From an uncultured bacterium (GTDB lineage Bacteria; Chlamydiota; Chlamydiia; Chlamydiales; SM23-39): a stretch of DNA of 64,000 nucleotides. This document shows, piece by piece, positions 8,447 through 18,107 of this stretch. The notes under the pieces are model-generated. The model did not search any database. It was not told the origin of the DNA and worked only from the letters and a program-made list of their open reading frames with translations. Position 1 is the first letter of the stretch; each line of letters opens with the position of its first letter. The stretch lies in the NCBI GenBank assembly GCA_963716985.1, contig OY970323.1, forward strand, positions 497,942-561,941, written 5' to 3'. The position numbers and the translations under genes are program-made.

Positions 8447-9968
8447 CTCGACTTTGCAACTTTTAGCGGCTTAGCTCAGGCCGCCTGAAGCACTCGCCTT
8501 ACTATATCATCCATCCAATCCACCATTTCCGGAGTAATATTTTCCACGGAAGGGGTGATTTTAGTCTTCCCGGAAATTAAATTATCCCTCCATATTACCA
8601 TGCGCACAGCCCTCAACATATCGGAAAATGTGACGTGCTCTTTTTGGTGCCAAGCAGTTGCCTCTACTTTCAGCAACTTTACCTGTCCCAATCGATTTGC
8701 CATTAGGCATACACAACTATATAGCCCCATCAGTATGGGAGTCGATCGGGCTATTGCTCGATCCGACCATTGCCGCTGGGTCTCTACGCCAAGATGTTCA
8801 CGTGTTTCCTCGAATGTGACCTCAAGTCCCCAGCGATCGATAAATAATTCTATCATACGTTCTGCCGTCATGAGTGGATCTGTGCTCATAAGAGGTAGAG
8901 GATCAAGTTTTCCTGTAGGATCCACCACCAAAGTCCATCGGATGGGAATAGGAGTCACTCCATCGGCTCCCCACATACATGTGTTAGACAGCACGCGAGC
9001 TACCCGTTTCTCTCCGCCGTAACCGACTACTTCCATTTCTTTCCAGGGCAATCCCTTCAGAGATAGCATCTCTTTAAAATTTTTCAATTTGACGCCCTTC
9101 TGTGCTGTACGTCCCCTTTGACCGGGACGCTTTTCGGCCGGGAAATCGAACAGGGCTGCATTCATTTTCAGTCGCGAAACAAGAGTCACCCCAGAACAGA
9201 TACAGTTCAGAGCCAACTGTCCCGCAGCATATCCTCCATCGCCAACAAGAATTAGTGATCGCGCCTTACCTACCCATCGACGCACCTGTAAGACCATCTG
9301 ACTCGCCCATTTTAATGAGGTTTTGTGCCGACGTTTCTTCGCTTCATCACATTTTTTAGAAGGCTCCAGTGCACTCAAAAAAGGCAATGCAAGTGCTCTC
9401 GACATAAACGGCAATTTCACAGAGAGCGCCATAACCTGCCACTTCAAACCCATGGCTTTGACCACTCGAGACTGTGACGATCGAACCGCATCTCGATAAT
9501 AGCCCTTTGCTTTTATCTTCTTGCCACGCCTGCGCTCCAATGTCTCGTCAATGAGCAGAACCAAAGGATGCTGATCGGAGACAAAGATAAGCAACATAAA
9601 GAATAGGATTTTCGCTGCCTTGAGTGACGACCATTCCGCCCGGTTTAAAAGGTGATGGTACTTTGAAAAACCCGCCTGATGCTCAAGACCCATTGCGCGC
9701 AGAGCCGCGCACACGGTTCTCTTGCCAGTGCATAAAAGCGTGCCAAGTAATAAGGTCAGAGCTTTTTTCCAAGAAGGATTTGAAAAAAGTACTGAAAAAG
9801 GGATGAGTACTGCTAAAATGTTTGACGATAGAGAGTCCATGAGAGCCTACCATTTTGTTTTACTGAACCAAATAGTATGCGCGAAGCGGCACTCTCTATC
9901 AACTTTTTATTTTACAGATTGAAGCAAATGACTTTGGGCTATCAGATCGAAAAATGTACAAAGTCGAG
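8447..9968 (-). mobile_element. IS701/IS4-like element copy 2 (1522 bp, intact)
   Basis: The ends are CTCGACTTTGCAAC... and ...TGTACAAAGTCGAG. A 6-bp direct repeat AAAGGA lies at 8441-8446 and 9969-9974. Confidence 0.9.
8476..9840 (-). CDS. IS701/IS4-like DDE transposase (454 aa)
   Basis: Candidate DDE residues lie in LLIDETLERRRGKK, LILVGDGGYAAG and IDRWGLEVTFEETREHLG. Confidence 0.85.
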   Translation of the reverse strand: MDSLSSNILAVLIPFSVLFSNPSWKKALTLLLGTLLCTGKRTVCAALRAMGLEHQAGFSKYHHLLNRAEWSSLKAAKILFFMLLIFVSDQHPLVLLIDETLERRRGKKIKAKGYYRDAVRSSQSRVVKAMGLKWQVMALSVKLPFMSRALALPFLSALEPSKKCDEAKKRRHKTSLKWASQMVLQVRRWVGKARSLILVGDGGYAAGQLALNCICSGVTLVSRLKMNAALFDFPAEKRPGQRGRTAQKGVKLKNFKEMLSLKGLPWKEMEVVGYGGEKRVARVLSNTCMWGADGVTPIPIRWTLVVDPTGKLDPLPLMSTDPLMTAERMIELFIDRWGLEVTFEETREHLGVETQRQWSDRAIARSTPILMGLYSCVCLMANRLGQVKLLKVEATAWHQKEHVTFSDMLRAVRMVIWRDNLISGKTKITPSVENITPEMVDWMDDIVRRVLQAA

Positions 9969-10172
9969 AAAGGAATGTTTATGCAGGAAAAATTATTGGA
10001 ACATAATTGGATTGGAGCGAAGTCGATATGTGGGTTTGAATATCCTTTCGCAAGTTGCGTAACATGTCCTGGATTTACTTTTGAGGATTGGGAAAAAGGA
10101 AATTGTCGAGCTCTCTCTCTTTTGTACCCATATTTAAGAGGGATTATTGTTATGCTTTCAGGTGGATCATGA
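9969..10172 (+). pseudogene. C-terminal fragment of a second DUF985-like cupin paralog
   Basis: ...HNWIGAKSICGFEYPFASCVTCPGFTFEDWEKGN parallels NHWIGAKPIRGFEYSFVSCVTCPGFTFEDWEKGN of 7899-8411. Confidence 0.7.
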
Positions 10173-10781
10173 GAAACATTTTAATCACTGGTGCAGCACG
10201 CGGACTTGGAAGACATTTGGGAGAATTTCTTTCCAAAAAAAATTATTCTGTATATGGAACTACAAGAAATCCCAAGGCTTCAAAAAATTCAGATCTTTTT
10301 AGGCTTATTTATTTAGACTTAAAAGAAAGTGATTCAATAAATCTTTTGCATGATCATTTAAAAAAAATGAATGTGTCCATCGATGTACTAATTCACAATT
10401 CAGGAGTGGCTTATTTAGATCCTGCAGACGTATTGGATGAGGAGGAGTGTCGACATACTTTCGAAGTCAATTTTTTTGGACCTATATGCTTGACAACGAA
10501 ACTTCTTCCCATGATGAAAAGGAATTCCAGAGGAAATATAATATTCATCAGCAGTATCGTTAGCATAGACCATTGGCCATATTTGGGCGTTTATTCTGCT
10601 TCTAAGGCAGCTATCGAATCTGTAGCTTTTGAATGGGCGGTTCTATTGAAAAGATGGAATATTCATGTTTCTGTTATTCGCCCAAACCCTTTGCCAACTA
10701 ATATGCAAATTCTTCGATCAAAAAATGCAGGAAAAAGTCCTTATCCCGAACTGAATAAACGAGAATTAATTTGGGAAAATA
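10169..10781 (+). pseudogene. Short-chain dehydrogenase/reductase, 5' part (split by the IS at 10782)
   Basis: MRNILITGAARGLGRHLG (TGxxxGxG), NSGV and YSASKAA. The start was chosen at the ATG at 10169. Confidence 0.8.
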
Positions 10782-12747
10782 GGCTATTCGTTTAATTTCG
10801 TCCAGTTGGTAGCTTAAGCCGCCTGCTTTTCCATGCCATTTTTTGCCCGTCTCTTGTGATTTTTTCTGGGTCTCGGCAATTCCACCTTATCTAATAACCA
10901 TGTGAACAGATCTCGAGGTTTTTGTTCGAAAAACCTTTCTGCCGCAGTAGTGCCATCCGCTCGTCGTATAAAAAAATTGTGCAACACTGTTAAGACCGTG
11001 AGTGTATGTGCAGTCAATCGCCGAAATGCATGGAATTTTAATGACAACTGGCCATTTCTACCCTCCACACATGAGCTCGATCGTTGAAAAATTTGGGCGC
11101 ATTCCAAGGCTCTACGCCACCATTCTACCTGCATAGAGCAATTTATTCCGCCCCATAACAGATTCTGTTTGAGGCCTTCTTCCAATTTGCGTAAAGTTGT
11201 CTTTATCGCTTCTTTTCGGACCTTCTTTTTAGTTCTTTGCAAACAGAGCTTTAAGTACTCTATCGCAACAAGCTTCTCGAATAACTGCCCATGCCACTCA
11301 TCTAGTCCCATAGACTTGATTTGGACTGCAAGGAAGGAAAAGAAAAAACACAGCACGGCAATCATAGAGAGCAGCGATCCCTTGGATTTTTCCAGTTTTT
11401 TCTTTTGCTTGTCTGTGCAATCAGCCTCTTTGGCTACAGTTTCAAGCGTCTCGTAGGCAGTCTCAATCTTCGCTTTAACCTCCTCTGGAGCCTGCTTATC
11501 TCCTGTATCTAAACTGAAGGGATGATAAGCATGAGTGATGGCTCGTCTTGCTTCCTGAGCCATTCTATACTGCTTTTCGGTTGCCTCTATTTTCTTGCGA
11601 TTCGCTTTTTCCTCTTTTTCTATTTCAAGAAGCCGATTTCCCACATTTATCCCTCTCTTAGATAGCTCTTCAACCCCACCTGCACGTTTCAACTGATCTC
11701 CAAATTTATTCAACGCTTCAAGTTTTTCTTTTTGCAAATCCTCTTGTTGCTTCTTCACTTGCTGGACAGTTCTTGCCAAGTGGCTTGTAAGTCCCTTGGT
11801 GATCTCTTGTTGGACATGAAAAAGATCCGAGCCCTTTATGACGTTCAGTGAATGGGTGGCAAGTTTTTTGAGTCCTGATGCCTCATCTCCCACTAACTGA
11901 TATAAAGTGACATTCAATCCCTTGAGAGCAGATTGCGTGACCTTATGCCAGGTCTCAGCATCTCTTTGTTCTTCAAGCTGCTCTGCTAAAATATAGCCAG
12001 AGATCGGCTCCATCAAGATGAGAGTCATATCATCCATTATAAAGTTTTCATCAAGAGCTCCTGGGATGTTTTTATGTGGCATTTGTTTTGCAAGCCTTTC
12101 GAACTCTTCCTTCCCAAATACTGCCACCTGTTGGCCGAGCGTCTTGCAAACCTTCTGCAATGCAGACTCAGAGGTCCCTACAAATGTGTTTATATCAACT
12201 CTTTCAAAAAAATCATGGAGCTCTGGAATACCGCTATTTCCATTCAGATGGAAATGCATACAAGTGGCTAAAACCATATTATGCAACCAGGTTTGTCCGG
12301 AGGGAGATTCGAAAAAATGTACGACAGCCGGATCTCGCCTTCCATTAAGTGCTTTCTTCCGATCGATCCAGTGTTGCAAGGAAGTTCTGGGAATGTTATA
12401 TTTTTTAGCTAGATTGCGCTGAGATAGGCCTCTTGCTTCATCTATAACCTTAGCCTGCGTGGATCGACCGATGATGCAATATTTTCTGGGCTTTTTTGCT
12501 TCCGTTTGACATGCTGTTTCCATAAGGCTTGCTCTTTCTTTATTTTTTTGTCCAAAAAAATTTTACTGAGCAAGTCCTTTTTATTTAAATATTTAAATGT
12601 CAGTTTCTGGAGAAATCAAGCTTGTGGGGAATCTCGGCAGAATCCTAGATAGCGTTCAACAGAAAAGAATCCCAAGAGACGGGCAAAAAATAGCATGGAA
12701 AAGCAAGCGGCTTAAGCTACCAACTGGACGAAATTAAACGAATAGCC
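10782..12747 (-). mobile_element. 1966-bp IS of uncertain family with ~85-bp near-perfect terminal inverted repeats
   Basis: GGCTATTCGTTTAATTTCGTCCAGTTGGTAGCTTAAGCCGC... at 10782 is mirrored at 12747. An 8-bp direct repeat GGAAAATA lies at 10774-10781 and 12748-12755. Confidence 0.85.
10814..12523 (-). CDS. Transposase (569 aa): N-terminal HTH, central coiled coil, C-terminal SSxVEGxN motif
   Basis: RGLSQRNLAKKYNIPRTSLQHWIDRKK, then a K/E-rich stretch at ~aa 250-390, then FQRSSSCVEGRNGQLSLKFHAFRRL. This resembles ISL3/ISKra4/DUF6399-type transposase C-termini, but the family is not certain. Confidence 0.6.
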   Translation of the reverse strand: METACQTEAKKPRKYCIIGRSTQAKVIDEARGLSQRNLAKKYNIPRTSLQHWIDRKKALNGRRDPAVVHFFESPSGQTWLHNMVLATCMHFHLNGNSGIPELHDFFERVDINTFVGTSESALQKVCKTLGQQVAVFGKEEFERLAKQMPHKNIPGALDENFIMDDMTLILMEPISGYILAEQLEEQRDAETWHKVTQSALKGLNVTLYQLVGDEASGLKKLATHSLNVIKGSDLFHVQQEITKGLTSHLARTVQQVKKQQEDLQKEKLEALNKFGDQLKRAGGVEELSKRGINVGNRLLEIEKEEKANRKKIEATEKQYRMAQEARRAITHAYHPFSLDTGDKQAPEEVKAKIETAYETLETVAKEADCTDKQKKKLEKSKGSLLSMIAVLCFFFSFLAVQIKSMGLDEWHGQLFEKLVAIEYLKLCLQRTKKKVRKEAIKTTLRKLEEGLKQNLLWGGINCSMQVEWWRRALECAQIFQRSSSCVEGRNGQLSLKFHAFRRLTAHTLTVLTVLHNFFIRRADGTTAAERFFEQKPRDLFTWLLDKVELPRPRKNHKRRAKNGMEKQAA

Positions 12748-12755
12748 GGAAAATA

Positions 12756-12916
12756 TCAGCGATGTTTGTTCAACAGTCACACTTATTTTAGAAAATCCAT
12801 CTCCTGATTTTGCATATCAAACAGGACCTTTTTCTGAGAGAACGGCAAAACATTTTCTTAATTCTAATGCGTATCAGGAAGCATTAGAAAAATATCAGAA
12901 AGATCTGAACCTATGA
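12756..12916 (+). pseudogene. SDR, 3' part
   Basis: This part is in frame with 10169-10781 after removing the IS and one GGAAAATA copy: ...LIWEN|ISDVCSTVTLILENPSPDFAYQTGPF... Confidence 0.7.
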
Positions 12917-13126
12917 TAGTCTTAGAATTTGTTCCGAATGCTTTTTGGCATGCAAAAAGAAATAATTATATCGTCCATTATCAATCGGCCTTGGATGTTT
13001 CAATTTTTTTAATCTATTATTTGTTGCTTCGAAAAATAAATATCCATTTTTCTTTAATATTTTTACAATATCTTCAGATTCATACCCGCACTTATTGCAC
13101 CATTCCTCACAAATTTCTATAAAGAT
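12911..13126 (-). pseudogene. FkbM-family methyltransferase, 3' part
   Basis: IFIEICEEWCNKCGYESEDIVKILKKNGYLFF... continues ...LEKFKPVIF from 14649 across IS copy 3. Confidence 0.7.
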
Positions 13127-14648
13127 CTCGACTTTGTACATTTTTCGATCTGATAGCCCAAAGTCATTTGCTTCAATCCATAAAATAAAAAGTTGATAGA
13201 GAGTGCCGCTTCGCGCATACTATTTGGTTCAGTAAAACAAAATGGCAGGCTCTCATGGACTCTCTATCGTCAAACATTTTAGCAGTACTCATCCCTTTTT
13301 CAGTACTTTTTTCAAATCCTTCTTGGAAAAAAGCCCTGACCTTATTACTTGGCACGCTTTTATGCACTGGCAAGAGAACCGTGTGTGCGGCTCTGCGCGC
13401 AATGGGTCTTGAGCATCAGTCGGGTTTTTCAAAGTACCATCACCTTTTAAACCGGGCGGAATGGTCGTCACTCAAGGCAGCGAAAATCCTATTCTTTATG
13501 TTGCTTATCTTTGTCTCCGATCAGCATCCTTTGGTTCTGCTCATTGACGAGACATTGGAGCGCAGGCGTGGCAAGAAGATAAAAGCAAAGGGCTATTATC
13601 GAGATGCGGTTCGATCGTCACAGTCTCGAGTGGTCAAAGCCATGGGTTTGAAGTGGCAGGTTATGGCGCTCTCTGTGAAATTGCCGTTTATGTCGAGAGC
13701 ACTTGCATTGCCTTTTTTGAGTGCACTGGAGCCTTCTAAAAAATGTGATGAAGCGAAGAAACGTCGGCACAAAACCTCATTAAAATGGGCGAGTCAGATG
13801 GTCTTACAGGTGCGTCGATGGGTAGGTAAGGCGCGATCACTAATTCTTGTTGGCGATGGAGGATATGCTGCGGGACAGTTGGCTCTGAACTGTATCTGTT
13901 CTGGGGTGACTCTTGTTTCGCGACTGAAAATGAATGCAGCCCTGTTCGATTTCCCGGCCGAAAAGCGTCCCGGCCAAAGGGGACGTACTGCACAGAAAGG
14001 CGTCAAATTGAAAAATTTTAAAGAGATGCTATCTCTGAAGGGATTGCCCTGGAAAGAAATGGAAGTAGTCGGTTACGGCGGAGAGAAACGGGTAGCTCGC
14101 GTGCTGTCTAACACATGTATGTGGGGAGCCGATGGAGCAACTCCTATTCCCATCCGATGGACTTTGGTGGTGGATCCTACAGGAAAACTTGATCCTCTAC
14201 CTCTTATGAGCACAGATCCACTCATGACGGCAGAACGTATGATAGAATTATTTATCGATCGCTGGGGACTTGAGGTCACATTCGAGGAAACACGTGAACA
14301 TCTTGGCGTAGAGACCCAGCGGCAATGGTCGGATCGAGCAATAGCCCGATCGACTCCCATACTGATGGGGCTATATAGTTGTGTATGCCTAATGGCAAAT
14401 CGATTGGGACAGGTAAAGTTGCTGAAAGTAGAGGCAACTGCTTGGCACCAAAAAGAACAAGTCACATTTTCCGATATGTTGAGGGCTGTGCGCATGGTAA
14501 TATGGAGGGATAATTTAATTTCCGGGAAGACTAAAATCACCCCTTCCGTGGAAAATATTACTCCAGAAATGGTGGATTGGATGGATGATATAGTAAGACG
14601 AATGCTTCAGGCGGCCTGAGCTAAGCCGCTAAAAGTTGCAAAGTCGAG
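13127..14648 (+). mobile_element. IS701/IS4-like element copy 3 (1522 bp)
   Basis: It has the same termini as copy 2. A 6-bp direct repeat AAAGAT lies at 13121-13126 and 14649-14654. Confidence 0.9.
13255..14619 (+). CDS. IS701/IS4-like DDE transposase (454 aa)
   Basis: It is near-identical to 8476-9840. Confidence 0.85.
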   Translation: MDSLSSNILAVLIPFSVLFSNPSWKKALTLLLGTLLCTGKRTVCAALRAMGLEHQSGFSKYHHLLNRAEWSSLKAAKILFFMLLIFVSDQHPLVLLIDETLERRRGKKIKAKGYYRDAVRSSQSRVVKAMGLKWQVMALSVKLPFMSRALALPFLSALEPSKKCDEAKKRRHKTSLKWASQMVLQVRRWVGKARSLILVGDGGYAAGQLALNCICSGVTLVSRLKMNAALFDFPAEKRPGQRGRTAQKGVKLKNFKEMLSLKGLPWKEMEVVGYGGEKRVARVLSNTCMWGADGATPIPIRWTLVVDPTGKLDPLPLMSTDPLMTAERMIELFIDRWGLEVTFEETREHLGVETQRQWSDRAIARSTPILMGLYSCVCLMANRLGQVKLLKVEATAWHQKEQVTFSDMLRAVRMVIWRDNLISGKTKITPSVENITPEMVDWMDDIVRRMLQAA

Positions 14649-15807
14649 AAAGATAACTGGTTTAAACTTCTCTAAAACTTTTATGGATCCCTGAAGAACA
14701 AAGAGCTCAGATCCCTCTACGTCACATTTAATAAAATCAACAGAATTTATTTTGTAATCAATTATCGTTTGATCCAACGTTTTCATTTTGCATTTTATTT
14801 TTTCAACGTTTTTATGATCGATTAGATTTTCTATGGAAGCTATTGCAGACCCTCCTTTAAAATAATAAAACAGCCTGTCCTCGTCGCTATTAGATATTCC
14901 GCAATTAATTGGAATGCAATTTTCAATGTTGTTCATTTTAAGATTTTTAATTAAAAATTCATATGAACGCGGGATGGGTTCGAAAGCATAGATTAAGGAA
15001 GAGGGAAATCTTTTGGCAAAATTTGTCGCAAGCCATCCGATATTCGCACCGACGTCGATAATTGTGTCTCCATTTTTTATTAGATTATAAGCCATGGATT
15101 CATCTTCAGAGTCATAACACCCAAAATTTAAAATCTCAAATGGTGCTGACCGTGCAGCACCATCGGTTTCCATTTTTATGTGTAATGGAGAAAAGGTAAA
15201 AATTACGCAATCTGGAAGAATTTCAATGGATTCTATTTCCGATTTTAAAATTTCTCTGGAGTATTCTAATAAAATCTTGTTAAATTCATGCCGTTCAGAA
15301 ATATATTCGTATCTGTTGAGCAATCCCTGGTTGAATTGATCCTTAATTGATGTGAAAATATATTTTAACCCTTTCCCTCGTTTATTTAGCTCATCGAAAA
15401 CTATCTTTAAGTCAATGGTAGAAATGTCCAAGTTTTGATCTATTGGATAGAGAGGTTTTGAGATTTCTAAACTTTTTCTTTTAGACTTTTTCTTATCATC
15501 CTTGTATTCTTCTCTGATAATGAGTCCGCACCCAAATGCAATTAGAAAGGCTGGGAGAAAATTAATAGCATTGAAAGATATTTTTCCTGTAAGCACTTCA
15601 AATACAGTGATAAAAATTGGAAGAGAATACCCGAGGGGCGCGAGGACTATTGGTCTAGCATATAAGAAAGCTTTCAAAAAATAACACAGTACAATTCCAA
15701 ACAAAATACCACATACAGATGAATTTGCGATCATTATATATGGAATATTTGGAAAGTGGAATTCTGGCTTGCCAATATAAAACAAAAGTGTACCTAAAAA
15801 TATTAAT
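14649..15807 (-). pseudogene. FkbM-family methyltransferase with an N-terminal multi-TM (EamA-like) region; middle part, cut at both ends by IS copies
   Basis: IIDVGANIGWLATNFAKRF and VDFIKCDVEGSELFVLQGSIKVLEKFKPVIF are FkbM motifs. The first ~31 and last 13 aa of track ORF 14607-15899 are IS-derived. Confidence 0.7.
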
Positions 15808-17329
15808 CTCGACTTTGTACATTTTTCGATCTGATAGCCCAAAGTCATTTGCTTCAATCTGTAAAATAAAAAGTTGATAGAGAGTGCCGCTTCGCGCATA
15901 CTATTTGGTTCAGTAAAACAAAATGGCAGGCTCTCATGGACTCTCTATCGTCAAACATTTTAGCAGTACTCACCCCTTTTTCAGTACTTTTTTCAAATCC
16001 TTCTTGGAAAAAAGCCCTGACCTTATTACTTGGCACGCTTTTATGCACTGGCAAGAGAACCGTGTGTGCGGCTCTGCGCGCAATGGGTCTTGAGCATCAG
16101 TCGGGTTTTTCAAAGTACCATCACCTTTTAAACCGGGCGGAATGGTCGTCACTCAAGGCAGCGAAAATCCTATTCTTTATGTTGCTTATCTTTGTCTCCG
16201 ATCAGCATCCTTTGGTTCTGCTCATTGACGAGACATTGGAGCGCAGGCGTGGCAAGAAGATAAAAGCAAAGGGCTATTATCGAGATGCGGTTCGATCGTC
16301 ACAGTCTCGAGTGGTCAAAGCCATGGGTTTGAAGTGGCAGGTTATGGCGCTCTCTGTGAAATTGCCGTTTATGTCGAGAGCACTTGCATTGCCTTTTTTG
16401 AGTGCACTGGAGCCTTCTAAAAAATGTGATGAAGCGAAGAAACGTCGGCACAAAACCTCATTAAAATGGGCGAGTCAGATGGTCTTACAGGTGCGTCGAT
16501 GGGTAGGTAAGGCGCGATCACTAATTCTTGTTGGCGATGGAGGATATGCTGCGGGACAGTTGGCTCTGAACTGTATCTGTTCTGGGGTGACTCTTGTTTC
16601 GCGACTGAAAATGAATGCAGCCCTGTTCGATTTCCCGGCCGAAAAGCGTCCCGGCCAAAGGGGACGTACAGCACAGAAGGGCGTCAAATTGAAAAATTTT
16701 AAAGAGATGCTATCTCTGAAGGGATTGCCCTGGAAAGAAATGGAAGTAGTCGGTTACGGCGGAGAGAAACGGGTAGCTCGCGTGCTGTCTAACACATGTA
16801 TGTGGGGAGCCGATGGAGCAACTCCTATACCCATCCGATGGGTTTTGGTGGTAGATCCTACAGGAAAACTCGACCCTCTACCTCTTATGAGCACAGATCC
16901 ACGCATGACGCCAGAACGTATGATAGAGTTATTTATCGATCGCTGGGGACTTGAGGTCACATTCGAAGAAACACGTGAACATCTTGGCGTAGAGACTCAG
17001 CGGCAATGGTCGGATCGAGCGATAGCCCGATCGACCCCCATACTGATGGGGTTATATAGTTGCGTATGCCTAATGGCAAATCGATTGGGACAGGTAAATT
17101 TGCTTAAGGTAGAGGCAACTGCTTGGCACCAAAAAGAGCACGTCACATTTTCCGATATGTTGAGGGCCGTGCGCATGGTAATATGGAGGGATAATTTAAT
17201 TTCCGGGAAGGCTAAAATCACCCCTTCCGTGGAAAATATTACTCCAGAAATGGTGGATTGGATGGATGATATAGTAAGACGAGTGCTTCAGGCGGCCTGA
17301 ACTAAGCCGCTAAAAGTTGCAAAGTCGAG
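15808..17329 (+). mobile_element. IS701/IS4-like element copy 4 (1522 bp), no flanking direct repeat
   Basis: It has the same termini as the other copies. The flanks TATTAAT and ATCTACA differ. Confidence 0.9.
15936..17300 (+). CDS. IS701/IS4-like DDE transposase (454 aa)
   Basis: It is near-identical to 13255-14619. Confidence 0.85.
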   Translation: MDSLSSNILAVLTPFSVLFSNPSWKKALTLLLGTLLCTGKRTVCAALRAMGLEHQSGFSKYHHLLNRAEWSSLKAAKILFFMLLIFVSDQHPLVLLIDETLERRRGKKIKAKGYYRDAVRSSQSRVVKAMGLKWQVMALSVKLPFMSRALALPFLSALEPSKKCDEAKKRRHKTSLKWASQMVLQVRRWVGKARSLILVGDGGYAAGQLALNCICSGVTLVSRLKMNAALFDFPAEKRPGQRGRTAQKGVKLKNFKEMLSLKGLPWKEMEVVGYGGEKRVARVLSNTCMWGADGATPIPIRWVLVVDPTGKLDPLPLMSTDPRMTPERMIELFIDRWGLEVTFEETREHLGVETQRQWSDRAIARSTPILMGLYSCVCLMANRLGQVNLLKVEATAWHQKEHVTFSDMLRAVRMVIWRDNLISGKAKITPSVENITPEMVDWMDDIVRRVLQAA

Positions 17330-17792
17330 ATCTACAATTTCAATAAGACGAGGCAATGAATACATTGATGCTTGTTGAGTCCCTGCAAGCACTTCAGCAT
17401 CTAAAATTAGTCTTGTTTCAGCCATCGAATATGTGTGAATAACATGAGCCGGGCGGCCATGTTTTGAAGGGTTGTAACAAATCTCTGCACCTTCTTGGTG
17501 GCCGTAAAGCGGCTTAACTGTCGTGTCAACATCAAGGATCCACTTTTCCAACAGTAGAGGGTCGTAGCAGATCTGAAGATGTTTTTGTTGCCATTGTTTG
17601 CAAGCTTCCTCATCTATCCTTTGAAAAGCCCTTCTGGCTGAATCTTCACTCAAGACTTTCTTCATTCCAAGTAAAGGTGGGTTCACTGCATCCTGTCGAA
17701 TGGAGGTGATATGCGCGTAAGCGTCTAATCTAGCCATCTTTTTTGTTTTCCTTCGTCATGGCACTCTGGTTTTTCTTAACCAAAGGAGTGTT

Positions 17793-18107
17793 ATGCCAAG
17801 ACCGTTCCCAGAAGAAAAAAGACGCATCTGGCAAGAAAAAGTGCAAACGCAACGAATTAGCGGATTAAGCATGGCGCGTTGGTGTCGTGAGCAGCAGGTA
17901 AATTACAATTCTTTCCTATATTGGGATAAGCGCTTCCCTGAAAAATCTCAGATAACACGCGACTCTTTTCAAGAGCTCTATGAAGAAACTAAGACGGACC
18001 CAGGCGTTGCTATCGAATGTCAGGGAATGAAAGTTGTTCTATTAAAATCATTCGACCCAGTCGTTTTGGCTCAATGTCTACAAGTTCTCAAGGCACTGCC
18101 ATGCTAA
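17793..18107 (+). CDS. tnpA: IS66 TnpA
   Basis: Identical protein to 3009-3323. Confidence 0.8.
   Translation: MPRPFPEEKRRIWQEKVQTQRISGLSMARWCREQQVNYNSFLYWDKRFPEKSQITRDSFQELYEETKTDPGVAIECQGMKVVLLKSFDPVVLAQCLQVLKALPC

Noticed and set aside
8555-9922. Recurrent antisense ORFs inside every IS701-like copy (155/68+74 aa, 85 aa, 60 aa, 66 aa; also at 13173-14540, 15854-17221 and 5704-6810)
   Set aside because: They recur only because the IS is repeated. They lie antisense to a strongly supported transposase gene, have no recognisable motifs, and vary in length between copies through random stop changes.
14607-15899. Apparently intact 430-aa ORF, and similar ORFs ending in LDFATFSGL(V/A)QAA (1685-2602, 17288-17737)
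   Set aside because: The shared C-terminal tag and, for 14607-15899, the N-terminal MREAALSINFLFYRLKQMTLGYQIEKCTKSR are translations of the IS701-like termini. These are truncated host or IS genes reading into IS ends, not a conserved protein family.
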